DNA of 62,208 nt from Trichinella spiralis (GCF_000181795.1 NW_003526943.1:10322253-10384460); one strand, 5' to 3'; shown: positions 16,099 to 31,535, numbered from the stretch's first letter. The notes: a model not told the origin generated them from the sequence alone. Numbers and translations: made by a program.

Positions 16099-19000
16099 CG
16101 CTTTTCTCAATCTTTCTTCAAACTCTTCAAATAATGTAGTATTGAAGAATTTGAGGTTGCCCTCAACGATCGGCAACCGAAAACGCAGCCGAACTAACAC
16201 CAGACCAATGATCCACTTACACCGTTTTGGGTGCAACAAACAACAGTATAGTACAACTATAAAGAAAATCAGGTTAGTCTACTGTAAACTTTCACAAATT
16301 GACGGTGTTGTTATTTGAGATGGAAATTTTAAATATTTACTTGCTAGAAATAATTCCCAAAACAAATTATTACAATTGGTACACGTGTAATTATTTTCTG
16401 ATGTTAGTGTTGTTTTATGTTGCATCATACAAAACTGTGGTGAGTAGAGAAAAAGAAATGGAATTACGTGTGAATCAAAATTCAACTATCTACGCAATTA
16501 TTATACTTTTAAATAACAAGTTGATTCAACAATGGAATTTATTATCATAATAATGATCATAATTTTTTTTATCAATGTTGAAATGAAAAGTTGTAACAGT
16601 AATTTGTAACTATTTATTTATTTATAAAATTATCTGAAAACTACGGCTAATTACAACTTGCAGATGACGCATTGGTTAATCTAAAAATATAGATTATCCA
16701 CAATAATACGGATAAGTGTAAACAATGAGACGTTGATAGTACAGCTGCATTTGTTCTTGTTAACAAACAAAGAGGGTAGAGTCACATCTGTTAGCAAAGT
16801 GAAAATTTCACTTTGCTAAAAATAAAGTTGAGTGAAAAAACATTTACTAACAAATGCATTCTGTTATTCAACTTTTATGCAAGAATAAGTCATTTATTTA
16901 GTAAATATTTCATAATATTTAAAATCAATCACCTGGTTAGTAATTTGTTTTAGTGCATGCTTCATTTGATCAAATAATAACATTCGAATGACTTGGCACG
17001 TACTTACTTCACGTGTGTTTCATTTTTTTTAATAATACCTTTTAAACTGTCATATTTAATACGTAATGCAATCTGCGAAATTAGATTTGCTTGTGAAAAG
17101 GTAAAAAAAAAGAAGTAAACTGGCAGTGGTTTGAGAAAAATATTTCTTGCAAAATTGTAATTTTCTCCACATGATGTAAAGATGGTTTTGTCAATCAAAT
17201 ATTTCTGCATTGATCTGAAAGTTATGTTCGCAAAATAGAAAACAGAAAACAAGTACTGTCAAAATGGTTCAAGGATTTATTTTAACAAGTTAACTAATTA
17301 TTTTTGTAGCATTATATTTGATTGTGGGCTTGTCGTAGAAGTTATTTTGTCCAATTAATTGACAATATATTTCCCCCTCCCTGTTGTTAATTGATATGAA
17401 AATGAAATAATTTTGCAAATGCAACAAATCAGATACAGTTTAGCGTAAATTTTGCATATATAAGTGAATAAAAGTTTGGATAAATTTTATAAATTAAAAA
17501 ATTGAAAAGGTCCATTACCTGTTCTTATTCTGAAGCATGTTGTGCAATTTGCATGGACGTAAATTGATGCATTCTGTGATGGAGGGGGAGGGGGGTTGGG
17601 TAATTTCAAATTGTATTGTTTGTATTGAAAATATATGCATATATATTGTTCACAGCAAACTGGTTGATGTTGGTCTTTTTCAACCCTGCCCTTTTATTAG
17701 CCTGCTTATGCTCAGCGCGTTTGCCATGACCTCTGCTGACCAATACTGATCGTCTGTCTGGTGTGAAAAAGCTCGCATTGAAAATGGACAAAATTTGTGG
17801 AAAAGAAATTGCCCAGTGCAACGTCCTTGGGATTAGCTACTCTTCGTCACTTTTGATCAATAAAACTGCGTGCAAAGCGATGAATCAACGTTAATGGCAC
17901 CTCTTAAAGCGATTACGACCTGCTGTGTGTTGGTGTTATTTGCCAAAGAACGACCCCAGTTCTAGTCTGGACGATATTCGCTAATGAGAAGGATGTTTAC
18001 CTTTGTTGGCATTGGATTGGAGCGTTTTTCAAGTCTCATTAAGCGGCATGTCGATTTGACAAATAAATCTCGTCAGTATTGGTGACGTGAACACTTTTCT
18101 TCCAAGCATACGAATAGCCACTCCCTCGAATTAAGCACTGAAACCCTGAAGTAACAACACATGTCGGAAAAATTTTTTCTCATCCTCTGCTTTGAATATT
18201 TTTCTCAAATGCTTCTTCTTCTTCTTCTCTTCTTTGGAAAAGTCAATTGACGGATCTAATTCCAAGCAACCCAAGAAATAATGAACAATTTTTGTCTGTT
18301 TTTTTTAATAAAACTGATTCAAAAAAATGCAATTTCTCTATCCCGCTTCAAATTCCATTCATAATTTGCAATACAGAATAAAATATGAAAAGATGAAGTG
18401 GACAAAATTGAAAAAAAATTAATTCTAATACCTGAAAAATATAGTTGAGGCTCAACTGAATATTATGAAACATTTCAATTGCAGATGTTTGTCATTTTAA
18501 GCTCTTTTCAGCTTAGCTTCACAGTTAGCCGACGCTTGAATGAACGAGAACACTGTTTTCCTTGCTAGCGGATGAAATGATAATTGATGATACTAACCTT
18601 AATGAGAACCAAACAAAAATTAACATATCTGCTAATCCACAACAACGTTAGCATAACAACAGCACAACAAGCCCATGATTAGCTAAAAGAAACAGAACTA
18701 AAGCTTTCAACGTTGAAAGTTTAATTTTTTTTTTCTACGTCTGCTTTGTGCTCAACTTATCATAAACTTTTTGACGTATATAGCATTTTTGTTTCTCAAC
18801 AACAAATAAACAACAGCAACAACGTTACGTTGCAAGATGCAATTTTTGCACAACCAAGCAACGGTGAATTTTCTTTTGAAACATTTTTGCCAAAATTAAA
18901 ATTTTAATTTTCAACAAATACAATGAAAAAAAAATAATCTTAAAAACGACGTTCAATTGAAATTATCATCTTTTCATTTATTCTCATTCTACTCGTCAAA

Positions 19001-20284
19001 CATTAACATTACAATAATAATAAATGTAATTGAAAATGTTAATTTTTTAAAAACTTTTTCAGATTCAAATAATGAATCATGAAAATGTCTGTTTAAATTT
19101 TTTAAAATAAATTCTATTCAAATAAATTTTATTTGCATACAAATGAGAAAATAAAAATTGCAATTGATCTGACCATTATTTGCTATTTAGAACAATTTAT
19201 TTTTTGCACGAATAAGAAGAGAAGAGATTTTTAGTGTGCAAATAAAAATTGCTACATTTTACCTCCACAATTTAATTGTTTTCAATTAATTATACGACTG
19301 CAACTGCGGCGATTATTGTCTCTGTTGCAGTTTATATTGCGATTGTTTGTACAGTTGGTTGTATTTATTATTATCTTATGAAATAAGTTCAACTTTCATA
19401 TTAATCATCATTTTCATCATATCTTGGGGAAAAAATTATTTGAAATTTATACAAATTGAATAGAATATTCATGAATATATAACAAGTGAAATTATAAATT
19501 GGCAATCTCATGAGATTAACGCTACTCTATATTGCAGAGTTACAAAATTGTGTTCGAATCGATCGAAATTATAACTGAATCAGTTACATTGTTATTCAAA
19601 CTTTCGTATTGTTGTTGAAAATGATTGCACGCAGATGAAAGCAACATTATAAAATTTTGCATTTAATTAAAACAGCATCAAATTTACTCTCCATATTTTC
19701 TGTGACAAGCGCTCATCATAAAAGAAATTCATAAATTATGAATCGCAATAAAAATTAATATTTATAAAAGCATCAGTTCCAAATAGCAACCAAGCAAATA
19801 ATAACTAATTTGACTATACGTCTCCATAATAGTTTTGTTTTAAAATATTTTGTTTGCATATAAATAAGAATAAGTAATAAAAAGTTTTATTTTCATTTTA
19901 TTGCGTCTTAAACTATTTTGTAAAAAAACATGTTAATTAGCGTTTTGAAAAGTTGTGCTCATGAAAAAGTTCAAACTGCTATTTGATAAAATGATTATTT
20001 TTGACAATTTTTTGAGAAAGAATATTGAAAATTATTGCACATTTCCTTTGAATTAAACTTCATTACCAAGGCTTTTGCTGCTTTATTCTTTTAACAAAAT
20101 TTTAACTTTCAGGCACTTAACAAACCAATCATTGCTATATTTTAAGCATTCAAACGAGATATTACGCTTTAAAAATATTTTTTTGCCTTTTGGCTATTAA
20201 ATTCTTTTAAATATTAATATTAATTCAAACCTTCTTTCAATTTCAAAAAAGAATTTAGCTACAAATTTTAAAATGGATGGAAAA

Positions 20285-22932
20285 TTAGCAATTCTTGACT
20301 TTTCCAATGGAAATACTAGCGTAGGTCTGTTTGGTTCCAGTATTGAACAGTTCAACCGAATTTATATCACGTAAATTATACTGTTTGGGAATTTTCAGCA
20401 TCACATCTTCACCGTTATATCTTCTTGTAATATCATGTCTGAAATGAATTATATTTGGAAAAGAAATTAAGAAAAAATTTTTTAAAAAATGAAGCTTACA
20501 GGCCTGACGTTTGCTCCGAGTCGATAAAAATTAAATCAATCTTTTCTTGGTCATGCAAATATGCGCAAAAGCTGATATCTTAAAAATTGAAAATGTTTTT
20601 ATTTTCCTCAAATATGCATTTAATTTTTCAACTTAATTCATTGTTAAATGTACAAAATTTAATTTAAAATATTTAAAACAAACAAAGATTAAAACTCAAA
20701 TTAATTATATTGCAATGAAGTAGAAAGTTAAAAATTGCCCTACAGTAATATTGTGAAAAATAAATGAAACTGATGTTTCATGCAAATTTGCCTTTCTTTA
20801 CCAGAATGCACGTCAAGAAAGAACCTCAAAATGGCAATGATTTTGACACACGTTCCAGTGACAGTAATGGACGGGCAAGTTGATCAGCAAATGTATATAT
20901 AATTGGGCAAATTGAAAGCTTTATAATCAAAGAGGCAGGCAGATCAGGTCGCATGTACAACTGGTGCCAGTGCTCATTGGCAATGCAAAACAATTTCCGG
21001 CATATTGTAACTGCTAATATATTGATCATAATAATATTAACTGAAAGCAGGCTTCCCATTCTTCCAACCTTTATTGTATTTCATCTTTTAATTTATTATC
21101 AGCCTTTCAACAATACGGCATGGATTCGGTGATTGATATATTCGAGGGAAGAAATTATTGCTGTGACAAGAAAATCGAATCTCATCGGTAGAAACAGTTC
21201 ATTGCCATTAAGTTTGTTAAAAATAAATAAATTTTTGTGGATGAAAAATTTTCAGCTTTTTCATATTTCACTTTTGAATGTTAAAAATTGGTCAATTAAG
21301 GAAAGATTATTATTGATATTTTTGCATCTTACTTGACTTCATTGTTGGCGTGTAAGTGAAATCTGGAATTAACAATGTGCTGCAGTCGAGAATCATCAGC
21401 GATCCTGAATGCAAGCGGATATCTGGTACATAAAATGGAGGCAAATCATCGACATTTTCTAAATCTTCTTGGAAAAGATCCACTTCAACTATTACATCCT
21501 TAATGAACACAATCAAAATTTAAATTAATTTTCAAATTTTTTTTCATTTTTACCTTTTTGCAGTGGTCATAAATGAAAAAGTACTGACTTCCACGTGGCA
21601 ACAGAGATATTGTCAACATAGCATTTTTCATTGGTTTAAGATAATAATTTCTGAAACGAGTTCAAATTTTCATGACATAATAACCATAAATGCCACTTTA
21701 GAAATCTACTCATCGAGCTCATTGATTGTTTCTTTCGATAGAGATGGTAATTTTTGAGCAGTTTTTGCAGAAGTGGATAAGATGTTTTGCAGCCAGTCTT
21801 TGTTAATTTGGTCAGTTTGGTCGAGCTATTGAATATGATCATGAAGAAATTAAAGATCAAAGAAAAAATAAACACATTCATTAAATACATTGGGTTCAGA
21901 TTTTCTCAGAATAGCTTCATTCGTGTTTTTAAAACGTTTCTCAGATATAATTTTAGTTCGTCCATCAAAATTCAATTTATGATGATGATTTGTTTTTCCA
22001 TTTCTACCAAAATGTTCAATTTTTGGAATTTCATCACGCAACCTTGCAATATGTTTGTCACTAGCTAAAGCATCGTTATTATTTATTAAAATAGAAAATT
22101 TTATTTTATCGACAAAATTACTTCCAAGTTTTCGTTTCATTTCAACAACGTCATTGTTATCAACATTGCCAAAAATGGCGATATTGTTCCATTTTGGTTC
22201 ATGTTTCCAAGATTCAGTTTCGTGATTTAACTACAAAAATGTAATTTTTTTTCTGAAAATATTTATTAAATATTTAAATAAAAAGTACCGTCTTATCAAC
22301 AATTGTACTTTTTTCTTGTGGTTCAGCGTCGATCAACTTTTTTCTGTGATGATCTAATTCAAAGAAATCTATAATATATTACCGTATTATTATCATTATT
22401 ATTCAAAATAGGCAATATCTGAATGCACCTTTGATCATAGGTTCGTTCGCGATGACGTGAGGCGACTCTTCAAAAGTTAATTCCAATGCATGCACATCTG
22501 TTTAAAGTGTTATTTAAATTTCTACTTTGAAAAGTATAACTATTACGTGGATTCAGTTTTGCAATTTGAGGAATGATGTGTCTTCGAGATCGCCGACCAG
22601 CAGTTGCAATTAAATTATAAGGTAGGATTTCTTTTTTGCCATTTTGATTATTGTGTACCATGAATGTAGAACCTGAAAGGAAAAAACATTTTTGCATTAA
22701 AATTATTTCAAAAAAGCATAAAAATAAAAATATGAAGCTTACATTTCAAATCTCCATTGAAGCTAAAGTCAGTTATTGTAATAATGTTATTACCCACTGA
22801 CAGATATATGTTACCTTTTAGGTCATAATTTTTAGATAAAATAGAGTCAACAAATTTACCATAATCATGCGCTAAAGTTTGAGTTATAAAAATTATCCAA
22901 CAAAGAACATTAACTATAGAAAGCGACAGCAT
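20285..22932 (-). CDS. Secreted protein with two DM13-like domains, the first split by a long insertion
   Basis: Signal peptide MLSLSIVNVLCWIIFITQTLA. YGKFV...ITITDFSFNG, LHSGSLMILDCSTLLIPDFTY and RRYNGEDVMLKIP...LRDINS resemble the DM13 consensus. Exons join in frame. Confidence 0.7.
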
Positions 22933-24085
22933 TTTATTTAAACATGAAATTGATATGCAATTTCCAGTTGAAATCATAAAAGAGGTTATTTGGCTTGGAT
23001 TTTACCGATTTAAAATTTTCTTCTCAGGGTAACGTTTGTTGAAAGTGGAGTTTTGTGTCTCGTTAGAAATTATATATTTTCTCAAGTATGTCTTTAATAA
23101 CTTACCAATATCACATTCATTAGGTCAAAAGGACAATCAAAAAGCCACATTTAAAGTTGAAAATTAAAATTAATTTAAAATGCACTGATACTTTCATTCA
23201 TTGTTTATTATCTATTATAACAAGCAAAAAATTTTTATTTAGAAATTGCTAAAAGCGTTGTTTCCAAAATTACATTCAAATATGCAATATGTTTAAATTC
23301 AAATTTTAAAAATTTCAAATTAAAGTATCCTTTGTAATTGTTCATTCACATAACTTTTATCACATAAGGTGTCTGAAAATGCATTACTATTGTTTTTATA
23401 TTGGGTTTAAATTTTCAAAAGCAATTTTTATTTATTCAGTTTTAACATCACTATACAAATTATGGTTTATTCTTGATTTTGTATTTACAAGAAAAATTTC
23501 TGAAATTATATATATATAAGTACATTATTATATGGAAATATGGAAAAAGGAAAATTTCTAAAGCAATCATTGATTCAAAAGAAAAGTCTTCTTGCCAAAA
23601 TCAAATTTAAATATGGCAAAAATACTGTGGAACGCCATTAATGCGATAAAGTAATAAGTAGATTGAACAACAAAAGTGGTAAAATTTAAATTTTAAATTT
23701 TCATCGTAAACATTTTTTAATTTAACCTGAAAAAAATTTTTAATACGGCATATGTTTGCATTAAACTGTTTCACTCGAATTATTTATTAAAATATGATTG
23801 TGCTGAATAAATAATTTTTGTGGTTAACGTATTATTCTTTTTTTAAAACAGCTTTTGAAAATTGAACTTTTTAGATTTGTTGATTAAAGCTATTTGAACT
23901 GAGGTTGAGGAAATAATAATGAGTGACATAAATTTCAATAAATAGAGCGTGGTTACCTGGCAAAGCTTCGAACAGTTTGAGTTACACGAGTTCAACGACA
24001 TTTATGCAATTTTTGACGAGATCTACTTCATTTATATTATTCACATACAGCTGCATACCTGCTGTATGCTTTTTTGTCGCTTGCA

Positions 24086-27000
24086 ATGTCTCAACGACGA
24101 ATATTTTGGAAATTCGCTTTATTTCTGTGTATTATTTCAAGTAAAAAAGTGAAAAGATTTCTCAGCATTATTTACTGCTAAGCATTGTTTTATTTTATTA
24201 GGTGTTTCACTGAGGAAAATTTGTGCAGGTAGCACACCAAATTATGGAAGATTTGCAGGTCTACTAAATGAAGAAGCATCAAAGGAGAAACCACGGTACA
24301 ATTGTCAAGGGTTCGTTTGGATACCAAATGAACATCAAATTGTGATTAGCGATTTCAACTTCATTCCACCACAGAGGAAGGAAAGTACGTTGCAGATTTA
24401 ATTTGACTTGCTCAATGTTAAAATAAAGTATAACTAATGACAGCAATAATATAAATAATTCCTTTCGTCAAAGTAAAATTTATTAAAAATTGAAGCAACA
24501 ATTACAACAACATTAATGCATTTTCTGACCATTTTAAAATTTAAACCAGCTTGTATAATATGCCTATAAATGTATACCTAACATCGCTTATTTATTCATA
24601 TTATAATTAAGTTCAGCTTTTAATATAACTCTTGTTGCTGTATGCCATAATTGAGTAATGCAATTTTAATCTTGAATCACAAGTAAAACAACAAGCGAAC
24701 ATGTAAAACATAAATTATGCAGTTATTATGAATTTCATACAAAATTTCTTGTGTGAAATTTACGGCTTTTTAACTTATGAAATCATTTACAATTTCAGTT
24801 CTTCTTCATTTTCATTCATTCATATTATGAGTGTTATTTACTTAAATTTAATTTTATAGAATAAAAATACTTTAAACAAACAGAAAAACATTGAAGAACA
24901 ATTATATTTAATCTTATTGTTAATGGTTTTGTTTCAGTTTATAAACCGTACAGCAAAATGATAAAATGAAAGCAAAGTATGCAAGTGAATTGCAAGTAAA
25001 ATTGCAGAAAATTTTTAAAATTAAGCTTTCAATAAAATGAAATATAAATCTTCTTGAATTTTAAAAATTGTTTCTATATTCCAACTGTTTGCAATATAAA
25101 ATTTATGCTCTTATAGTTTTCATTAAAAGTTTGTAGCTTTAAGTTTTTTTAGGGAAAAGTTTTAAAATTTGAAAAGTTGAATGATTGTAAACATAGACAG
25201 CTTTGTAGAAAATTAAAATTTCATTATTCATATGATAAATTTTAGATAATATTACATTTTGGATTGGACCGTCCAAGAATACTGGCAGAGTCAATGATTC
25301 GGAACCCTCAAACAATGGAATTTATTTAAAACCTGTACATTTAAAAAAACGGGCTTTACATTCAACAAAATCAATTGTAATTTTTATATTTTGAACTTCC
25401 ATTTCTACAAGTGTTATATATTACTTACAAATGCCTACTATTAGGTTCAGTATGCCAAGAAACCGAAAAGTCCCAGCGAAACAGTCTTACAAGAAATTTT
25501 GGCACTTTCAAAGGTTCCAAAAGATAAAGTTAGCACAGCTGAATACACAGCTTTTACTCCATCATATGAAAGTATATTTTTGTATTTTCTATTTTAAAGC
25601 GTTTCATAATTTTGGGAAAGGCTAATAGCATTAAATATCAGATGTAAAATTATGTTCAAAAATTAGTCATTTTTGTATTTGTTATAATTACTTTTAAAAA
25701 GATTTACATTCTGTAAATACAAATTATATTCTGCTGCTTGAAGAATGAATGCTATTCGTAATTTTCCAAATATTCTGATTTATATTGTGAACGCAGTTTT
25801 CATTTGTATTATATTACTGTATGGTATAATATATATACTCAACTCTTATAAACTGTAAACAATATTTCAGATAACATTGAACAAACTGATACGGAAGAAG
25901 ATAATGAACCGATTGAAATAGTGAAAATGGAAAAAGGAACGTTGAAAACTTTAAAAATTACCAATCCACCACCAGTGCATTCGAGCATAGTTGAAGCTTC
26001 AGTACAAGTGAAAGAATTGTCTAAGAGAAAAAAGAGAGATTTTGATGTAAATGATATTTGGAAAGCGGTTTTCAAACTCGTTGACAAAGGGGAACAGTAT
26101 CAAATAATGAGACAGATGAAAAGCAGAAATAATCATAACAAGAATAAAGAAGATGTTGCTCAGACTGATGTAGAATCTCTGCCTTTGTATAAGAAAAAAG
26201 AACTGCTATTATTGAATCTTCCAGCTGAGAAGACGATATGGGATTTTTCATGGTTTTCGGTTTATGATCACAATTCAGAGGTAGATATTTGCAGCAAACT
26301 GCATTTATTATAAATTGCATCAATTTATTTTTCAGAAATCAATAGCTACTGTATATTTTCCGAAAGGTCCGAGCTGGTTGGTACCTAAATCAAAAACTTT
26401 ACCAGGCTTTAGGGAATACTATCAAAAATATTCTGTCACATCTTCAAATATAGAAATCCTCGACGAAAAAACATTGTTGTTTCATAATTTTTCTTGTCAA
26501 GAGTGTCCTCCGGGAACATGGATCATGGCCGGTGACGCAATGCTTCCTAATTTAGCTGGAGAAATTTTGCCTACTGTCAATGAAAAGTAACTTTACAATA
26601 ATACTTCATCATTCATTTATCATAGTAATTGAACATGGCAATGATTTTAGTGGAACATATGCTTGTGATTATTTGCCGGATAAGTTGAAAAATGTCACAA
26701 TTAAAGTAAAATTGCCAGGTTTGTGGGAAGTATCTGATTTGACTTGGATTTCGGTGTTCAACGTCCCACACAAATTCAGCCTCAGCGAAGTTTATGTGTC
26801 GCATCAAGACAATGTGCCTCCTGTATTCAATGATGATCCAGTAAGTAACTGTTTTCCTTTTTAATTTCCATACTAATTTTTGCTTTCATTATATTACAAT
26901 CATTATCGCTAATTAATTATTTACTACCTATCCATCTACTTAAAATTATTTGCAATATAAATCTAATATAGCGTCAAAGAATACGTTTAACAGAAAATAC

Positions 27001-27091
27001 TGTTGCATTACAAAAAATAAAATGGTTCAAATATAAATTTCAGATTTTGAAAATGATAAATAATAATAATATAATCAAGTTTACAAAATAA
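24086..27091 (+). CDS. Secreted protein with two DM13-like domains, paralog of the divergent neighbour
   Basis: Signal peptide MSQRRIFWKFALFLCIIS. NYGRFAG...IVISDFNF...ITFWIG, LNLPAEKTIWDFSWFSVYD, VTSSNIEILDEKTLLFHNF, VKLPGLWEVSDLTWISVF. The last exon is uncertain (stop 27091, or 26864 if unspliced). Confidence 0.75.
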
Positions 27092-30000
27092 AGTGGGAAT
27101 GTAGGATACTGTAATACTTTAAAATTCCTTTCGAACTAAATTGTCCATGATTATAACTAAACATTTAAAATAACTTCGAAACTTTAATAATCCAATAATG
27201 ATTTTCTTAAATTGATTTTTGATAATTTTAAGATTAATTTTTTATTGTTGTGAAGAGATATATGATTTTGCTTTACATTTTAAGACATTTTCAACACGTT
27301 TTTTGAAATTATTATAAAATTTTAATTTGAAGAGAATTTGCAAAATTAGCAAATTAGCAAAAATACTAATATTAAATTTGTCTTTTTACCTCATTTTATG
27401 TGTTAATTGAAATGGAATAATATTGTAAAAAATAGGATTAAGTTGACATTTTTAATTTGCAAAAATTAATATACACTGATATCCATTTTTGATGAAAATA
27501 AATAATTGTTGACGCTGTCAAATGTTGTTTTCATTATCATTTGAAAAATTGTATTTATTGGAAGAAAACAGCATGGCTTGATTGTGATAAATTTATTAAT
27601 ATTGGTAAAATGACTGATAAAATCTCCCTCCCACTACCAAAGATTGCTTTCCCAAGAGCTGTTTATTCGTCATGCATGTCCAGCATAAGGTCATCGATAA
27701 AGCGATATAGCTTCCATTCGATTTGATTTCATCCTTCTTGATCAATTTCTTTTGAATTGTTCTGAATCAAAGAAATTGGATTACACGCAGCGGTTAATAT
27801 TTTCAAACACCTCCATAGTCAGCTTAGTCACAGCTTGTGAATAGGAATATTATATCAAATTTTCCGTTTTCTTTTCCAAGGAAAATAGTGCTAAACGTTT
27901 GTTTTAAAAACTTATTAAATAAGTCACGCATAACCAACTGAATTGAATAAATATTTATCATTGATAAAAGATATTCGATAATAATTTTTCAAATTTCTTT
28001 TGCAAAATTATCTTTTCTAACATCTCCCCCTTTTTGACCATGCAAGAAGTATATAAAAATTGCATCATTTGCAAATGTAGTAATTTAAATATTTGCCGTA
28101 ATATAAAATACAGTTCTCATAAGTCTTGCATGAAAGCCTACAGTTTATAAAATTTAATTTTGTATGACAATTAAAAAATGCTTTTCAAATAAAATGATAA
28201 AACTATATTATTTTTGAAAGTAATTTGTACAAAAATGAAAAATTAGTCATTGTTTGAAGTGAAAAAAACGAACATTAGAAGCAGCTGATCTCTTCAGATA
28301 ATTGGCCGTAAAATTCCATAACAAATGGCAGTACTTATTGCAAAGTTGACTTTGTTCAAAATTATTGTTTTGTGATTATTATTTTTGGTTATCGAAATCA
28401 AATTTCAGTTGCATTGATGACCAGGAATATAGGTGAAGGCTTTCTGAAAGAAATAATCAAACGCATGTTTGAAAGTTATTACTGAAAACTGATTATTAAT
28501 TTTTGTATTTCAAAAATTATTCACTATTACATTATTCAATACATTTAATTTATTGGTAATATTTTGTTGAAGAAATTAAATTTATAGAATTGAGCAGTTG
28601 AAATCATGCAAAATCATTGAAAGCGACATTGTTTTTAAAGTATTTAAATATAACAAATTTGTAACTTATATTTTACTCTGCGTTTTCTATGCCATGTCTG
28701 ATGTGATCTATCATAAGTAAAAATAGCTATTGCGTTTTTCATGAAATTATTAATTAAAGTATTATTACAAGTGCAATTTTTCACAGTTTACAGTTTATTA
28801 TAATTTAAATGAAAGTTTATTTTTATCGTAATTTTTGCAGTTCACAGTCGAATTTTGCAGCCTTTTATTTTGCCTTTTATTGCAAAATTTGCTTTCTGCA
28901 GCATGTAATAAGTAATAACAAAAGCAATTCAGTGAAAAAACGAGATTTTGAAGAATGCAATAGAAATAATATAAAACACGTTTGCTCATAATCTGCATTG
29001 CAGCAATTCATGTGAATTTGGGTAACTGCTGTAGAAGTAGACAGTTGAAAATATAGGGAGGACAAGGTTTGCTGACATTGTATACTGGCTCGTTCTTTCC
29101 CACTTTTCAGCAACAGCTGACATTTACACTTTTGTTTTGTCTGGTACTTTCCACCGTTGGAACGGTCAAATTCTTCTGCACTATCGACTGAGGCCAGTGT
29201 ATACTTGTCCACGGAGATGCTAAATTGAGCAACATGTTCGACAAATCTCGTTTCAGCAACATCTGGGTGATGCTTGTTGTAAATGAACTGTTTCTGTTAC
29301 CGTTTTGCAGATGTGATGAATTTTATTTTAAAGAATGATTGGAAAAGCATAAATGATGAAGATGAATGAGCGTCAAATTACATGCGCAAATTTAGTAGTG
29401 ATACATGCAATTTAATAAGAAAATCTGATGAATAAATAACAGCATTTTACAATGCAAATATTTTGCAAAACAAAGGATATTTTGTTTGCTGCTTATTGTT
29501 ATCAGATAGCATACTGAACAATGATTGCAAGCATTAAAATGTGAAGTGTAAATCGAATTTTAAAAAGACAATGAAATATTCATGTATATGCCTTACTTTT
29601 TTTTATTTGATGCTCATGAATATTTTATTAAAAAAGCATTTTTAACAGAATTGAGAACTTAAGTTATAAATATTTCGTTATGCAAGAAATTAAACAGTAA
29701 AACTGAATTGGTAAAAATGTAATAAATTCAATTTTTCGTGAATATATTTTTACAATCATATCATTTTTGGAAAATATTTTGTGTAAAAATTCCATGTAAT
29801 AAATTAATGCTTACAAAATCTGTACAAAAATGCGAAATGTACTTATAATTACGTAAAATTAGCGAGTAATTTTTAATGCACATCTTACAAGCAAAAATGA
29901 AAAGTTCGAAAAGAAATTTTAATAAAAATTATACTTTGACAGTTTGAAAACTTATGAAGCCTTCAGTTATGCTTTCAAAGTGAACATGAGAATTTTCCAT

Positions 30001-30240
30001 TTTCATTTCAAATCTATTTAATTATACTGCAAGCAATAAATTGTTCGCGTGCTAATCTGCCATTCCATTGCAGAAAGCATTCTTTCCAAAGCACGCCATT
30101 GTAGTATGTAATATTTGCAATGTAAACAAACAAATTGATTTTCATTCAACTCGAAGCAGGTGATCAAATTGTGCAAATTGAAGAGCAAAACATTAATTGA
30201 TAATTTAATCGTTGGATCATTGACAGCAATAAAAATAAAA

Positions 30241-30744
30241 NNNNNNNNNNNNNNNNNNNNNNNNNNNNNNNNNNNNNNNNNNNNNNNNNNNNNNNNNNNN
30301 NNNNNNNNNNNNNNNNNNNNNNNNNNNNNNNNNNNNNNNNNNNNNNNNNNNNNNNNNNNNNNNNNNNNNNNNNNNNNNNNNNNNNNNNNNNNNNNNNNNN
30401 NNNNNNNNNNNNNNNNNNNNNNNNNNNNNNNNNNNNNNNNNNNNNNNNNNNNNNNNNNNNNNNNNNNNNNNNNNNNNNNNNNNNNNNNNNNNNNNNNNNN
30501 NNNNNNNNNNNNNNNNNNNNNNNNNNNNNNNNNNNNNNNNNNNNNNNNNNNNNNNNNNNNNNNNNNNNNNNNNNNNNNNNNNNNNNNNNNNNNNNNNNNN
30601 NNNNNNNNNNNNNNNNNNNNNNNNNNNNNNNNNNNNNNNNNNNNNNNNNNNNNNNNNNNNNNNNNNNNNNNNNNNNNNNNNNNNNNNNNNNNNNNNNNNN
30701 NNNNNNNNNNNNNNNNNNNNNNNNNNNNNNNNNNNNNNNNNNNN
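30241..30744. other. Assembly gap (N run); other 10-N gaps at 1238, 39130, 51606 and 61471
   Basis: N characters in the sequence. Confidence 1.
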
Positions 30745-31169
30745 GTCGCAAAATATCTCATCGACGATTTACGCTAATGTGAATGCAAACCCTGCACAAA
30801 TAGAGAGTATTTCTGAATGTGCTCTCCATAACAACAAGCGTAGACGTGAGATATTTTGGTAAATGGCGAGACAGGAATAGCTTGCGAGCACCTGATACAA
30901 ATGCATATAATTACAATTCGCTGAACAGAGCAAATGCTCAGGAGATTCTTGTGCTCATAGACACATATTCGAGGAAAAGCCTCAGCATGATTTTCCACAT
31001 TACGATCAAAGGGAATGTTGTCAAAAAATTCATACAGATGAAGGGTTAGCGTTCACGGTGAGACTGGAAATAGCAGAAACAGGAGTGGAAATAAATCTAG
31101 TACCCGTTAGAAAATGAACAGCGTGAGAAAGTCAGGGTCGCGGAGAGCTGGGACGTACGCTTCAGTTTC

Positions 31170-31535
31170 GGATAACAGCCGCCTTTCAGTTCGTCGAAAG
31201 AGTTCTCCGCGCTTGTCCCACCGGGCAAAGCTCAGGGCGAATACGAACGCTTTCAATTACCGCCTGACGACACTATAGTTCGATATCGGTACACCGCTCG
31301 CGCAGAAGTCTTCTAGCTTCTCCAGTCACTCCGTTGGGTCCATTTCCGGGCAAAAGGCCGGGGGCGGTAAATAGCAGGCGCCCGGATACCCCACATATAC
31401 GGGTTCCCAGATAGGCCTCCATTGTAATGGACTTTTCGTCACAGCAGGCTGGTAGGCCTCTGTCTTGTTGTTGTCGGCTGGGTCACCACAGTCCGAGTTG
31501 ATCTTACGGCTGCTTACTCTTTTTGAAGAAGACAT
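31170..31535 (-). mobile_element. Degenerate Gypsy-type gag N-terminus
   Basis: PPAFCPEMDPTE*LEKLEDF-CASGVP..NYSVV resembles nematode Gypsy gag starts. Contains stops and frameshifts. Confidence 0.55.

Noticed and set aside
17500..18150. GC-richer stretch upstream of the NDR kinase with splice-like signals
   Set aside because: Could be 5' UTR exons, but no in-frame join to the kinase was found.
27600..29300. Short exon-like stretches near 27620-27760 and 29040-29280
   Set aside because: No consistent spliced frame or recognisable motif.
30018..30777. ORFs of 195-247 aa spanning the N run
   Set aside because: Artefacts of translating the gap.
30745..31050. Faint resemblance to a Helitron helicase fragment
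   Set aside because: Too degenerate to support without a search.
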